Positions 26,701-40,619 of a stretch of DNA of 64,000 nucleotides are shown piece by piece. The position numbers and the translations under genes are program-made. Source of the DNA: Azolla caroliniana (lineage: Eukaryota; Plantae; Polypodiophyta); the NCBI GenBank assembly GCA_043228905.1, contig JBHGNT010000024.1, positions 248,001 to 312,000 on the forward strand. Reading direction: 5' to 3'. Each line of letters begins with the position of its first letter. Within the stretch, counting starts at the first letter, position 1. The notes beneath the pieces are model-generated. The model saw only the letters and a list, made by a program, of their open reading frames with translations, was not told where the DNA came from and searched no databases.

Positions 26701-28954
26701 GAGTTGAGAAGAGGTAGTAGGTAAATTAAAATGCTCATTCCTGGCTCGTGTGATATCGGATTTTTGTGTTCAAACATGCGAATCGAAGCTAGCGACGCTA
26801 CCTATGATATGGAATTAAAAAATCAAGATTTTGAAACTCAGGTCGAGAGACATGACGAAAATAGCAAACTTGAGGAAGGACTTGAGAAGAGCTAGTAGGT
26901 AAATTAAAATGTTCATACCTGGCTCGTGTGATATCGGATTTTTGTGTTCAAACATGCAAATCGAAGCTAACAACGCTAGCTATGATATGGAATTAAAAAA
27001 TCAAGAATTTGAAATTCAGGTCGAGAGATGTGACGAAATTACCAAATTTGAGGAGTGATTTGAGAGGAGCCCTTGAGTAAATTAAAATGTTCATACCTGG
27101 CTCGTGTGATATCGGATTTTTGTGTTCAAACATGCAAATGGAAGCTAACAACGCTAGCTATGATATGGAATTAAAAATCAAGATTTTAAAACTCAGGTCG
27201 AGAGACATGACGAAAATAGCAAACTTGAGGAGGGCGTTGAGAGGAGCCCTTGAGTAAATTAAAATGTTCATACCTGGCTCGTGTGATATCCGATTTTTGT
27301 GTTCAAACATGCGAATCGAAGCTGGCGACGCTACCTATGATATGGAATTAAAAAATCAAGATTTTGAAACTCAGGTCGAGAGACATGACGAAAATAGCAA
27401 ACTTGAGGAAGGAGTTGAGAAGAGCCCTTGAGTAAATTAAAATGTTCATACCTGGCTCGTGTGATATCGAATTTTTGTGTTCAAACATGCGAATCGAAGC
27501 TAACAACGCTACCTATGATATGGAATTAAAAAATCAAGATTTTAAAACTCAGGTCGAGAGACATGACGAAAATAGCAAACTTGAGGAGGGAGTTGATAGG
27601 AGCCCTTGAGTAAATTAAAATGTTCATACCTGGCTCGTGTGATATCGGCTTTTTGTGTTCAAACATGCAAATCGAAACTAACAACGCTAACTATGAGATG
27701 GAATTAAAAAATCAAGATTTTGAAACTCAGGTCGAGAGACATGACGAAAATAGCAAACTTGAGGAAGGAGTTGAGAAGAGCTAGTAGGTAAATTAAAATG
27801 TTCATACCTGGCTCGTGTGATATCGGATTTTTGTGTTCAAACATGCAAATGGAAGCTAACAACGCTCGCTATGATATGGAATTAAAAAATCAAGAATTTG
27901 AAACTCAGGTCGAGAGACATGACGAAATTACCAAATTGGAGGAGTGAGTTGAGAAGAGGTAGTAGGTAAATTAAAATGTTCATACCTGGCTCGTGTGATA
28001 TCGGATTTTTGTGTTCAAACATGCAAATGGAAGCTAACAACGCTAGGTATGATGTGGAATTAAAAAATCAAGATTTTGAAACTCAGGTCGAGAGACATGA
28101 CGAAAATAGCAAACTTGAGGAGGGAGTTGAGAGGAGCCCTTGAGTAAATTAAAATGTTCATACCTGGCTCTTGTGATATTGGATTTTTGTGTTCAAACAT
28201 GCAAATCGAACCTAGCAACGCTAGCTATGATATGGAATTAAAAATCCAAGATTTTGAAACTCAGGTCGAGAGACATGACGAAAATAGCAAACTTGAGGAG
28301 GGAGTTGAGAGGAGCACTTGAGTAAATTAAAATGTTCATACCTGGCTCGTGTGATATCGGATTTTTGTGTTCAAACATGCGAATCGAAGCTGGCGACGCT
28401 ACCTATGATATGGAATTAAAAAATCAAGATTTTGAAACTCAGGTCGAGAGACATGACGAAATTACCAAATTTGAGGAGTGATTTGAGAGGAGCCCTTGAG
28501 TAAATTAAAATGTTCATACCTGGCTCGTGTGATATCAGATTTTTGTGTTCAAACATGCGAATCGAAGCTAGCGACGCTACCTATGATATGGAATTAAAAA
28601 ATCAAGATTTTGAAACTCAGGTCGAGAGACATGACGAAAATAGCAAACTTGAGGAAGGACTTGAGAAGAGCTAGTAGGTAAATTAAAATGTTCATACCTG
28701 GCTCGTGTGATATCGGATTTTTGTGTTCAAACATGCAAATCGAAGCTAACAACGCTAGCTATGATATGGAATTAAAAAATCAAGAATTTGAAACTTAGGT
28801 CGAGAGATGTGACGAAATTACCAAATTTGAGGAGTGATTTGAGAGGAGCCCTTGAGTAAATTAAAATGTTCATACCTGGCTCGTGTGATATCGGATTTTT
28901 GTGTTCAAACATGCAAATGGAAGCTAACAACGCTAGCTATGATATGGAATTAAA

Positions 28955-31900
28955 AATCAAGATTTTGAAACTCAGGTCGAGAGACATGACGAAAATAGCA
29001 AACTTGAGGAAGGAGTTGAGAAGAGCCCTTGAGTAAATTAAAATGTTCATACCTGGCTCGTGTGATATCGAATTTTTGTGTTCAAACATGCGAATCGAAG
29101 CTAACAACGCTACCTATGATATGGAATTAAAAAATCAAGATTTTAAAACTCAGGTCGAGAGACATGACGAAAATAGCAAACTTGAGGAGGGAGTTGATAG
29201 GAGCCCTTGAGTAAATTAAAATGTTCATACCTGGCTCGTGTGATATCGGCTTTTTGTGTTCAAACATGCAAATCGAAACTAACAACGCTAACTATGAGAT
29301 GGAATTAAAAAATCAAGATTTTGAAACTCAGGTCGAGAGACATGACGAAAATAGCAAACTTGAGGAAGGAGTTGAGAAGAGCTAGTAGGTAAATTAAAAT
29401 GTTCATACCTGGCTCGTGTGATATCGGATTTTTGTGTTCAAACATGCAAATGGAAGCTAACAACGCTCGCTATGATATGGAATTAAAAAATCAAGAATTT
29501 GAAACTCAGGTCGAGAGACATGACGAAATTACCAAATTGGAGGAGTGAGTTGAGAAGAGGTAGTAGGTAAATTAAAATGTTCATACCTGGCTCGTGTGAT
29601 ATCGGATTTTTGTGTTCAAACATGCAAATGGAAGCTAACAACGCTCGCTATGATATGGAATTAAAAAATCAAGATTTTGAAACTCAGGTCGAGAGACATG
29701 ACGAAAATAGCAAACTTGAGGAGGGAGTTGAGAGGAGCCCTTGAGTAAATTAAAATGTTCATACCTGGCTCTTGTGATATTGGATTTTTGTGTTCAAACA
29801 TGCAAATCGAACCTAGCAACGCTAGCTATGATATGGAATTAAAAATCCAAGATTTTGAAACTCAGGTCGAGAGACATGACGAAAATAGCAAACTTGAGGA
29901 GGGAGTTGAGAGGAGCACTTGAGTAAATTAAAATGTTCATACCTGGCTCGTGTGATATCGGATTTTTGTGTTCAAACATGCGAATCGAAGCTGGCGACGC
30001 TACCTATGATATGGAATTAAAAAATCAAGATTTTGAAACTCAGGTCGAGAGACATGACGAAATTACCAAATTTGAGGAGTGATTTGAGAGGAGCCCTTGA
30101 GTAAATTAAAATGTTCATACCTGGCTCGTGTGATATCAGATTTTTGTGTTCAAACATGCGAATCGAAGCTAGCGACGCTACCTATGATATGGAATTAAAA
30201 AATCAAGATTTTGAAACTCAGGTCGAGAGACATGACGAAAATAGCAAACTTGAGGAAGGACTTGAGAAGAGCTAGTAGGTAAATTAAAATGTTCATACCT
30301 GGCTCGTGTGATATCGGATTTTTGTGTTCAAACATGCAAATCGAAGCTAACAACGCTAGCTATGATATGGAATTAAAAAATCAAGAATTTGAAACTTAGG
30401 TCGAGAGATGTGACGAAATTACCAAATTTGAGGAGTGATTTGAGAGGAGCCCTTGAGTAAATTAAAATGTTCATACCTGGCTCGTGTGATATCGGATTTT
30501 TGTGTTCAAACATGCAAATGGAAGCTAACAACGCTAGCTATGATATGGAATTAAAAATCAAGATTTTAAAACTCAGGTCGAGAGACATGACGAAAATAGC
30601 AAACTTGAGGAGGGCGTTGAGAGGAGCCCTTGAGTAAATTAAAATGTTCATACCTGGCTCGTGTGATATCGGCTTTTTGTGTTCAAACATGCAAATCGAA
30701 ACTAACAACGCTAACTATGAGATGGAATTAAAAAATCAAGATTTTGAAACTCAGGTCGAGAGACATGACGAAAATAGCAAACTTGAGGAAGGAGTTGAGA
30801 AGAGCCCTTGAGTAAATTAAAATGTTCATACCTGGCTCGTGTGATATCGAATTTTTGTGTTCAAACATGCGAATCGAAGCTAACAACGCTACCTATGATA
30901 TGGAATTAAAAAATCAAGATTTTAAAACTCAGGTCGAGAGACATGACGAAAATAGCAAACTTGAGGAGGGAGTTGATAGGAGCCCTTGAGTAAATTAAAA
31001 TGTTCATACCTGGCTCGTGTGATATCGGCTTTTTGTGTTCAAACATGCAAATCAAAACTAACAACGCTAACTATGAGATGGAATTAAAAAATCAAGATTT
31101 TGAAACTCAGGTCGAGAGACATGACGAAAATAGCAAACTTGAGGAAGGAGTTGAGAAGAGCTAGTAGGTAAATTAAAATGTTCATACCTGGCTCGTGTGA
31201 TATCGGTTTTTGTGTTCAAACATGCCAATCGAAGCTAACAACGCTCGCTATGATATGGAATTAAAAAATCAAGAATTTGAAACTCAGGTCGAGAGACATG
31301 ACGAAATTACCAAATTGGAGGGGTGAGTTGAGAAGAGGTAGTAGGTAAATTAAAAGGTTCATACCTGGCTCGTGTGATATCGGATTTTTGTGTCCAAACA
31401 TGCAAATGGAAGCTAACAACGCTAGGTATGATGTGGAATTAAAAAATCAAGATTTTGAAACTCAGGTCGAGAGACATGACGAAAATAGCAAACTTGAGGA
31501 GGGAGTTGAGAGGAGCCCTTGAGTAAATTAAAATGTTCATACCTGGCTCGTGTGATATCGGATTTTTGTGTTCAAACATGCAAATGGAAGCTAACAACGC
31601 TAGCTATGATATGGAATTAAAAATCAAGATTTTAAAACTCAGGTCGAGAGACATGACGAAAATAGCAAACTTGAGGAGGGCGTTGAGAGGAGCCCTTGAG
31701 TAAATTAAAATGTTCATACCTGGCTCGTGTGATATCGGATTTTTGTGTTCAAACATGTAAATCGAAGCTGGGGACGCTACCTATGATATGGAATTAAAAA
31801 ATCAAGATTTTGAAACTCAAGTCGAGAGACATAACGAAAATAGCAAACTTGAGGAGGGAGTTGAGAGGAGCCCTTGAGTAAATTAAAATGTTCATACCTG

Positions 31901-34638
31901 GCTCTTGTGATATCGGATTTTTGTGATCAAACATGCGAATCGAAGCTAACAACGCTAGCTATGATATGGAATTTAAAAATCAAGATTTTAAAAGTCAAGT
32001 CCAGAGACATGACCACAATAGCAAACCTGAGGAGGGAGTTGAGAGGAGCCCTTCAGTAAATTAAAATGTTCATACCTGGCTCGTGTGATATCGGATTTTT
32101 GTGTTCAAACATGCAAATGGAAGCTAACAACGCTAGCTATGTTGTGGAATTAAAAAATCAAGATTTTGAAACTCAAGTCCAGAGACATGACGAAATTACC
32201 AATTTTGAGGAGTGAGTTGAGAAGAGCTAGTAGGTAAATTAAAATGCTCATTCCTGGCTCGTGTGATATCGGATTTTTGTGTTCAAACATGCGAATCGAA
32301 GCTAGCGACGCTACCTATGATATGGAACTAAAAAATCAAGATTTTGAACCTCAGGTCGAGAGACATGACGAAAATAGCAAACTTGAGGAGGGAGTTGAGA
32401 GGAGCCCTTGAGTAAATTAAAATGTTCATACCTGGCTCGTGTGATATCGGATTTTTGTGTTCAAACATGCAAATGGAAGCTAACAACGCTCGCTATGATA
32501 TGGAATTAAAAAATCAAGAATTTGAAACTCAGGTCGAGAGACATGACGAAATTACCAAATTGGAGGAGTGAGTTGAGAAGAGGTAGTAGGTAAATTAAAA
32601 TGTTCATACCTGGCTCGTGTGATATCGGATTTTTGTGTTCAAACATGCAAATGGAAGCTAACAACGCTAGGTATGATGTGGAATTAAAAAATCAAGATTT
32701 TGAAACTCAGGTCGAGAGACATGACGAAAATAGCAAACTTGAGGAGGGAGTTGAGAGGAGCCCTTGAGTAAATTAAAATGTTCATACCTGGCTCTTGTGA
32801 TATTGGATTTTTGTGTTCAAACATGCAAATCGAACCTAGCAACGCTAGCTATGATATGGAATTAAAAATCCAAGATTTTGAAACTCAGGTCGAGAGACAT
32901 GACGAAAATAGCAAACTTGAGGAGGGAGTTGAGAGGAGCACTTGAGTAAATTAAAATGTTCATACCTGGCTCGTGTGATATCGGATTTTTGTGTTCAAAC
33001 ATGCGAATCGAAGCTGGCGACGCTACCTATGATATGGAATTAAAAAATCAAGATTTTGAAACTCAGGTCGAGAGACATGACGAAATTACCAAATTTGAGG
33101 AGTGATTTGAGAGGAGCCCTTGAGTAAATTAAAATGTTCATACCTGGCTCGTGTGATATCAGATTTTTGTGTTCAAACATGCGAATCGAAGCTAGCGACG
33201 CTACCTATGATATGGAATTAAAAAATCAAGATTTTGAAACTCAGGTCGAGAGACATGACGAAAATAGCAAACTTGAGGAAGGACTTGAGAAGAGCTAGTA
33301 GGTAAATTAAAATGTTCATACCTGGCTCGTGTGATATCGGATTTTTGTGTTCAAACATGCAAATCGAAGCTAACAACGCTAGCTATGATATGGAATTAAA
33401 AAATCAAGAATTTGAAACTTAGGTCGAGAGATGTGACGAAATTACCAAATTTGAGGAGTGATTTGAGAGGAGCCCTTGAGTAAATTAAAATGTTCATACC
33501 TGGCTCGTGTGATATCGGATTTTTGTGTTCAAACATGCAAATGGAAGCTAACAACGCTAGCTATGATATGGAATTAAAAATCAAGATTTTAAAACTCAGG
33601 TCGAGAGACATGACGAAAATAGCAAACTTGAGGAGGGCGTTGAGAGGAACCCTTGAGTAAATTAAAATGTTCATACCTGGCTCGTGTGATATCGGCTTTT
33701 TGTGTTCAAACATGCAAATCGAAACTAACAACGCTAACTATGAGATGGAATTAAAAAATCAAGATTTTGAAACTCAGGTCGAGAGACATGACGAAAATAG
33801 CAAACTTGAGGAAGGAGTTGAGAAGAGCCCTTGAGTAAATTAAAATGTTCATACCTGGCTCGTGTGATATCGAATTTTTGTGTTCAAACATGCGAATCGA
33901 AGCTAACAACGCTACCTATGATATGGAATTAAAAAATCAAGATTTTAAAACTCAGGTCGAGAGACATGACGAAAATAGCAAACTTGAGGAGGGAGTTGAT
34001 AGGAGCCCTTGAGTAAATTAAAATGTTCATACCTGGCTCGTGTGATATCGGCTTTTTGTGTTCAAACATGCAAATCAAAACTAACAACGCTAACTATGAG
34101 ATGGAATTAAAAAATCAAGATTTTGAAACTCAGGTCGAGAGACATGACGAAAATAGCAAACTTGAGGAGGGAGTTGAGAGGAGCCCTTGAGTAAATTAAA
34201 ATGTTCATACCTGGCTCGTGTGATATCGGTTTTTGTGTTCAAACATGCCAATCGAAGCTAACAACGCTCGCTATGATATGGAATTAAAAAATCAAGAATT
34301 TGAAACTCAGGTCGAGAGACATGACGAAATTACCAAATTGGAGGGGTGAGTTGAGAAGAGGTAGTAGGTAAATTAAAAGGTTCATACCTGGCTCGTGTGA
34401 TATCGGATTTTTGTGTCCAAACATGCAAATGGAAGCTAACAACGCTAGGTATGATGTGGAATTAAAAAATCAAGATTTTGAAACTCAGGTCGAGAGACAT
34501 GACGAAAATAGCAAACTTGAGGAGGGAGTTGAGAGGAGCCCTTGAGTAAATTAAAATGTTCATACCTGGCTCGTGTGATATCGGATTTTTGTGTTCAAAC
34601 ATGCAAATGGAAGCTAACAACGCTAGGTATGATATGGA
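28955..34638 (+). repeat. Block duplication of about 5.7 kb (about 32 monomers); copy of about 19530-25213, offset 9425
   Basis: The offset 9425 holds for independent markers: 20491/29916, 22449/31874, 23514/32939, 25201/34626. Confidence 0.88.
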
Positions 34639-37600
34639 ACTAAAAAATCAAGATTTTGAACCTCAGGTCGAGAGACATGACGAAAATAGCAAACTTGAGG
34701 AGGGAGTTGAGAGGAGCCCTTGAGTAAATTAAAATGTTCATACCTGGCTCGTGTGATATCGGATTTTTGTGTTCAAACATGCAAATGGAAGCTAACAACG
34801 CTCGCTATGATATGGAATTAAAAAATCAAGAATTTGAAACTCAGGTCGAGAGACATGACGAAATTACCAAATTGGAGGAGTGAGTTGAGAAGAGGTAGTA
34901 GGTAAATTAAAATGTTCATACCTGGCTCGTGTGATATCGGATTTTTGTGTTCAAACATGCAAATGGAAGCTAACAACGCTAGGTATGATGTGGAATTAAA
35001 AAATCAAGATTTTGAAACTCAGGTCGAGAGACATGACGAAAATAGCAAACTTGAGGAGGGAGTTGAGAGGAGCCCTTGAGTAAATTAAAATGTTCATACC
35101 TGGCTCTTGTGATATTGGATTTTTGTGTTCAAACATGCAAATCGAACCTAGCAACGCTAGCTATGATATGGAATTAAAAATCCAAGATTTTGAAACTCAG
35201 GTCGAGAGACATGACGAAAATAGCAAACTTGAGGAGGGAGTTGAGAGGAGCACTTGAGTAAATTAAAATGTTCATACCTGGCTCGTGTGATATCGGATTT
35301 TTGTGTTCAAACATGCGAATCGAAGCTGGCGACGCTACCTATGATATGGAATTAAAAAATCAAGATTTTGAAACTCAGGTCGAGAGACATGACGAAATTA
35401 CCAAATTTGAGGAGTGATTTGAGAGGAGCCCTTGAGTAAATTAAAATGTTCATACCTGGCTCGTGTGATATCAGATTTTTGTGTTCAAACATGCGAATCG
35501 AAGCTAGCGACGCTACCTATGATATGGAATTAAAAAATCAAGATTTTGAAACTCAGGTCGAGAGACATGACGAAAATAGCAAACTTGAGGAAGGACTTGA
35601 GAAGAGCTAGTAGGTAAATTAAAATGTTCATACCTGGCTCGTGTGATATCGGATTTTTGTGTTCAAACATGCAAATCGAAGCTAACAACGCTAGCTATGA
35701 TATGGAATTAAAAAATCAAGAATTTGAAACTTAGGTCGAGAGATGTGACGAAATTACCAAATTTGAGGAGTGATTTGAGAGGAGCCCTTGAGTAAATTAA
35801 AATGTTCATACCTGGCTCGTGTGATATCGGATTTTTGTGTTCAAACATGCAAATGGAAGCTAACAACGCTAGCTATGATATGGAATTAAAAATCAAGATT
35901 TTAAAACTCAGGTCGAGAGACATGACGAAAATAGCAAACTTGAGGAGGGCGTTGAGAGGAACCCTTGAGTAAATTAAAATGTTCATACCTGGCTCGTGTG
36001 ATATCGGCTTTTTGTGTTCAAACATGCAAATCGAAACTAACAACGCTAACTATGAGATGGAATTAAAAAATCAAGATTTTGAAACTCAGGTCGAGAGACA
36101 TGACGAAAATAGCAAACTTGAGGAAGGAGTTGAGAAGAGCCCTTGAGTAAATTAAAATGTTCATACCTGGCTCGTGTGATATCGAATTTTTGTGTTCAAA
36201 CATGCGAATCGAAGCTAACAACGCTAGCTATGATATGGAATTAAAAAATCAAGATTTTAAAACTCAGGTCGAGAGACATGACGAAAATAGCAAACTTGAG
36301 GAGGGAGTTGATAGGAGCCCTTGAGTAAATTAAAATGTTCATACCTGGCTCGTGTGATATCGGCTTTTTGTGTTCAAACATGCAAATCAAAACTAACAAC
36401 GCTAACTATGAGATGGAATTAAAAAATCAAGATTTTGAAACTCAGGTCGAGAGACATGACGAAAATAGCAAACTTGAGGAGGGAGTTGAGAGGAGCCCTT
36501 GAGTAAATTAAAATGTTCATACCTGGCTCGTGTGATATCGGTTTTTGTGTTCAAACATGCCAATCGAAGCTAACAACGCTCGCTATGATATGGAATTAAA
36601 AAATCAAGAATTTGAAACTCAGGTCGAGAGACATGACGAAATTACCAAATTGGAGGGGTGAGTTGAGAAGAGGTAGTAGGTAAATTAAAAGGTTCATACC
36701 TGGCTCGTGTGATATCGGATTTTTGTGTCCAAACATGCAAATGGAAGCTAACAACGCTAGGTATGATGTGGAATTAAAAAATCAAGATTTTGAAACTCAG
36801 GTCGAGAGACATGACGAAAATAGCAAACTTGAGGAGGGAGTTGAGAGGAGCCCTTGAGTAAATTAAAATGTTCATACCTGGCTCTTGTGATATTGGATTT
36901 TTGTGTTCAAACATGCAAATCGAACCTAGCAACGCTAGCTATGATATGGAATTAAAAATCCAAGATTTTGAAACTCAGGTCGAGAGACATGACGAAAATA
37001 GCAAACTTGAGGAGGGAGTTGAGAGGAGCACTTGAGTAAATTAAAATGTTCATACCTGGCTCGTGTGATATCGGATTTTTGTGTTCAAACATGCGAATCG
37101 AAGCTGGCGACGCTACCTATGATATGGAATTAAAAAATCAAGATTTTGAAACTCAGGTCGAGAGACATGACGAAATTACCAAATTTGAGGAGTGATTTGA
37201 GAGGAGCCCTTGAGTAAATTAAAATGTTCATACCTGGCTCGTGTGATATCAGATTTTTGTGTTCAAACATGCGAATCGAAGCTAGCGACGCTACCTATGA
37301 TATGGAATTCAAAAATCAAGATTTTGAAACTCAGGTCGAGAGACATGACGAAAATAGCAAACTTGAGGAAGGAGTTGAGAAGAGCTAGTAGGTAAATTAA
37401 AATGTTCATACCTGGCTCGTGTTATATCGGTTTTTGTGTTCAAACATGCCAATCGAAGCTAACAACGCTCGCTATGATATGGAATTAAAAAATCAAGAAT
37501 TTGAAACTCAGGTCGAGAGACATGACGAAATTACCAAATTGGAGGGGTGAGTTGAGAAGAGGTAGTAGGTAAATTAAAAGGTTCATACCTGGCTCGTGTG

Positions 37601-40600
37601 ATATCGGATTTTTGTGTCCAAACATGCAAATGGAAGCTAACAACGCTAGGTATGATGTGGAATTAAAAAATCAAGATTTTGAAACTCAGGTCGAGAGACA
37701 TGACGAAAATAGCAAACTTGAGGAGGGAGTTGAGAGGAGCCCTTGAGTAAATTAAAATGTTCATACCTGGCTCTTGTGATATTGGATTTTTGTGTTCAAA
37801 CATGCAAATCGAACCTAGCAACGCTAGCTATGATATGGAATTAAAAATCCAAGATTTTGAAACTCAGGTCGAGAGACATGACGAAAATAGCAAACTTGAG
37901 GAGGGAGTTGAGAGGAGCACTTGAGTAAATTAAAATGTTCATACCTGGCTCGTGTGATATCGGATTTTTGTGTTCAAACATGCGAATCGAAGCTGGCGAC
38001 GCTACCTATGATATGGAATTAAAAAATCAAGATTTTGAAACTCAGGTCGAGAGACATGACGAAATTACCAAATTTGAGGAGTGATTTGAGAGGAGCCCTT
38101 GAGTAAATTAAAATGTTCATACCTGGCTCGTGTGATATCAGATTTTTGTGTTCAAACATGCGAATCGAAGCTAGCGACGCTACCTATGATATGGAATTAA
38201 AAAATCAAGATTTTGAAACTCAGGTCGAGAGACATGACGAAAATAGCAAACTTGAGGAAGGACTTGAGAAGAGCTAGTAGGTAAATTAAAATGTTCATAC
38301 CTGGCTCGTGTGATATCGGATTTTTGTGTTCAAACATGCAAATCGAAGCTAACAACGCTAGCTATGATATGGAATTAAAAAATCAAGAATTTGAAACTTA
38401 GGTCGAGAGATGTGACGAAATTACCAAATTTGAGGAGTGATTTGAGAGGAGCCCTTGAGTAAATTAAAATGTTCATACCTGGCTCGTGTGATATCGGATT
38501 TTTGTGTTCAAACATGCAAATGGAAGCTAACAACGCTAGCTATGATATGGAATTAAAAATCAAGATTTTAAAACTCAGGTCGAGAGACATGACGAAAATA
38601 GCAAACTTGAGGAGGGCGTTGAGAGGAGCCCTTGAGTAAATTAAAATGTTCATACCTGGCTCGTGTGATATCCGATTTTTGTGTTCAAACATGCGAATCG
38701 AAGCTGGCGACGCTACCTATGATATGGAATTAAAAAATCAAGATTTTGAAACTCAGGTCGAGAGACATGACGAAAATAGCAAACTTGAGGAAGGAGTTGA
38801 GAAGAGCCCTTGAGTAAATTAAAATGTTCATACCTGGCTCGTGTGATATCGAATTTTTGTGTTCAAACATGCGAATCGAAGCTAACAACGCTACCTATGA
38901 TATGGAATTAAAAAATCAAGATTTTAAAACTCAGGTCGAGAGACATGACGAAAATAGCAAACTTGAGGAGGGAGTTGATAGGAGCCCTTGAGTAAATTAA
39001 AATGTTCATACCTGGCTCGTGTGATATCGGCTTTTTGTGTTCAAACATGCAAATCAAAACTAACAACGCTAACTATGAGATGGAATTAAAAAATCAAGAT
39101 TTTGAAACTCAGGTCGAGAGACATGACGAAAATAGCAAACTTGAGGAAGGAGTTGAGAAGAGCTAGTAGGTAAATTAAAATGTTCATACCTGGCTCGTGT
39201 GATATCGGTTTTTGTGTTCAAACATGCCAATCGAAGCTAACAACGCTCGCTATGATATGGAATTAAAAAATCAAGAATTTGAAACTCAGGTCGAGAGACA
39301 TGACGAAATTACCAAATTGGAGGGGTGAGTTGAGAAGAGGTAGTAGGTAAATTAAAAGGTTCATACCTGGCTCGTGTGATATCGGATTTTTGTGTTCAAA
39401 CATGCAAATGGAAGCTAACAACGCTAGCTATGATATGGAATTAAAAATCAAGATTTTAAAACTCAGGTCGAGAGACATGACGAAAATAGCAAACTTGAGG
39501 AGGGCGTTGAGAGGAGCCCTTGAGTAAATTAAAATGTTCATACCTGGCTCGTGTGATATCGGCTTTTTGTGTTCAAACATGCAAATCGAAACTAACAACG
39601 CTAACTATGAGATGGAATTAAAAAATCAAGATTTTGAAACTCAGGTCGAGAGACATGACGAAAATAGCAAACTTGAGGAAGGAGTTGAGAAGAGCCCTTG
39701 AGTAAATTAAAATGTTCATACCTGGCTCGTGTGATATCGAATTTTTGTGTTCAAACATGCGAATCGAAGCTAACAACGCTACCTATGATATGGAATTAAA
39801 AAATCAAGATTTTAAAACTCAGGTCGAGAGACATGACGAAAATAGCAAACTTGAGGAGGGAGTTGATAGGAGCCCTTGAGTAAATTAAAATGTTCATACC
39901 TGGCTCGTGTGATATCGGCTTTTTGTGTTCAAACATGCAAATCAAAACTAACAACGCTAACTATGAGATGGAATTAAAAAATCAAGATTTTGAAACTCAG
40001 GTCGAGAGACATGACGAAAATAGCAAACTTGAGGAAGGAGTTGAGAAGAGCTAGTAGGTAAATTAAAATGTTCATACCTGGCTCGTGTGATATCGGTTTT
40101 TGTGTTCAAACATGCCAATCGAAGCTAACAACGCTCGCTATGATATGGAATTAAAAAATCAAGAATTTGAAACTAAGGTCGAGAGACATGACGAAAATAG
40201 CAAACTTGAGGAAGGAGTTGAGAAGAGCTAGTAGGTAAATTAAAATGTTCATACCTGGCTCGTGTGATATCGGTTTTTGTGATCAAACATGCGAATCGAA
40301 GCTAACAACGCTAGCTATGATATGGAATTTAAAAATCAAGATTTTAAAAGTCAAGTCCAGAGACATGACCACAATAGCAAACCTGAGGAGGGAGTTGAGA
40401 GGAGCCCTTCAGTAAATTAAAATGTTCATACCTGGCTCGTGTGATATCGGATTTTTGTGTTCAAACATGCAAATGGAAGCTAACAACGCTAGGTATGATG
40501 TGGAATTAAAAAATCAAGATTTTGAAACTCAGGTCGAGAGACATGACGAAAATAGCAAACTTGAGGAGGGAGTTGAGAGGAGCCCTTGAGTAAATTAAAA

Positions 40601-40619
40601 TGTTCATACCTGGCTCGTG

